A stretch of DNA of 64,000 bases from contig NC_082736.1 in NCBI RefSeq assembly GCF_030144855.1, positions 6,448,001 to 6,512,000 of the forward strand, in the 5' to 3' direction. A program made the position numbers and the translations under genes. The notes below the pieces were generated by a model. The model was given only the letters and a program-made list of their open reading frames with translations. It made no database searches and was not told where the DNA came from. This document shows, piece after piece, positions 63,280 through 64,000 of the stretch. Numbering within the stretch: the stretch's first letter is position 1; every line of letters begins with the position of its first letter. The stretch is from Hypanus sabinus (Eukaryota).

Positions 63280-64000
63280 TAGGCGTATTCAACTCCTTCA
63301 AGTCAGTATTTAGTTGATGCACCATTCGCAGCAATTACAGCCTTGAGTCTGTGTGGATAGGTCTCTATCAGCTTTGCACATCTGGACACTGCAATTTTTC
63401 CCCATTCTTCCTTACAAAACTACTCAAGATCTGTCAGAATGCATACAGTTTGTGAGTGAAAAGCTCTTTTCAAATCCAGCTACAGACTGAAGTCTGGACT
63501 CTGACTTGGCCACTCTAGGACATTAACTTTGCTGTTTTAATGCATTCCAATGCAGCTTTGGTTTTAAGCTCGTGGTCATTGTCTTGCTGGAAAACAAACC
63601 TTCTCCTAAGTCACAGTTTTCTTGCAGACTGCATTACGTTTTCTAACAGGATTTCCCTGTATTTTGGTGCATTCATTTTACCCTGTACCTTCACAAGCTT
63701 TCCAGGGCTTGCTGCCGTGAAGCACAATGCACCATTCTCGACTGTAGGAAAGGTGTGTTTTTGATGATATGCAGTGTTCGGCTTACATCAAACTTACGAG
63801 TTTAGCCTGATTGCAAAAAAAGTTCTATTTTAGTTTCAGACCATAGAACCTTCTTCCAGTTGGCTTCAGAGACCCCCTCGTCCTCTGACAAACTCCAGGT
63901 GAGATTTCATGAGAGCTTTTTTCAACAGTGGCTTTCTCTTTGCCACTCCCTGATAAACCTGTGACAGGTGAAACACCTGGGCAACTATCATTGTATGCAA
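63280..64000 (-). mobile_element. Tc1 remnant, same family as 5449-7002, running off the window end
   Basis: Aligns with 5655-6365, e.g. ctttgcacatctggacactg and gtgagatttcatgagagctttttcaaca. Confidence 0.88.

Overview
Vertebrate genomic DNA, most likely from a cartilaginous fish (ray or shark; inferred from the repeat families and the zinc-finger exon style). Most of the window is decayed transposons: many CR1-type LINE fragments, Rex1/Babar, L1 and Tx1-like LINEs, an I/Nimb-like LINE, Penelope remnants, two hAT and two Tc1 remnants, one full-length decayed CsRn1-type Gypsy provirus (LTRs, tRNA-Trp PBS, ATAT TSD) and a solo LTR. The intact genes are one tRNA-Asp(GTC) and five replication-dependent histone genes (3x H2B, H2A, H4), each with a 3' stem-loop. 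No H3 or H1 was seen. The histone region is a patchwork of inverted segmental duplications that switch partners inside the H2B coding sequences. It also holds two orphan histone promoters and a C2H2 zinc-finger pseudogene with an H2B nested in its presumed intron. The most notable signals are (i) short, TSD-flanked Penelope-derived insertions that begin at a minimal hammerhead ribozyme motif, and (ii) an unidentified, decayed multi-exon coding gene on the minus strand at about 31.9-35.1 kb that the ORF track does not show. Repeat boundaries are approximate unless a TSD or TIR is quoted.
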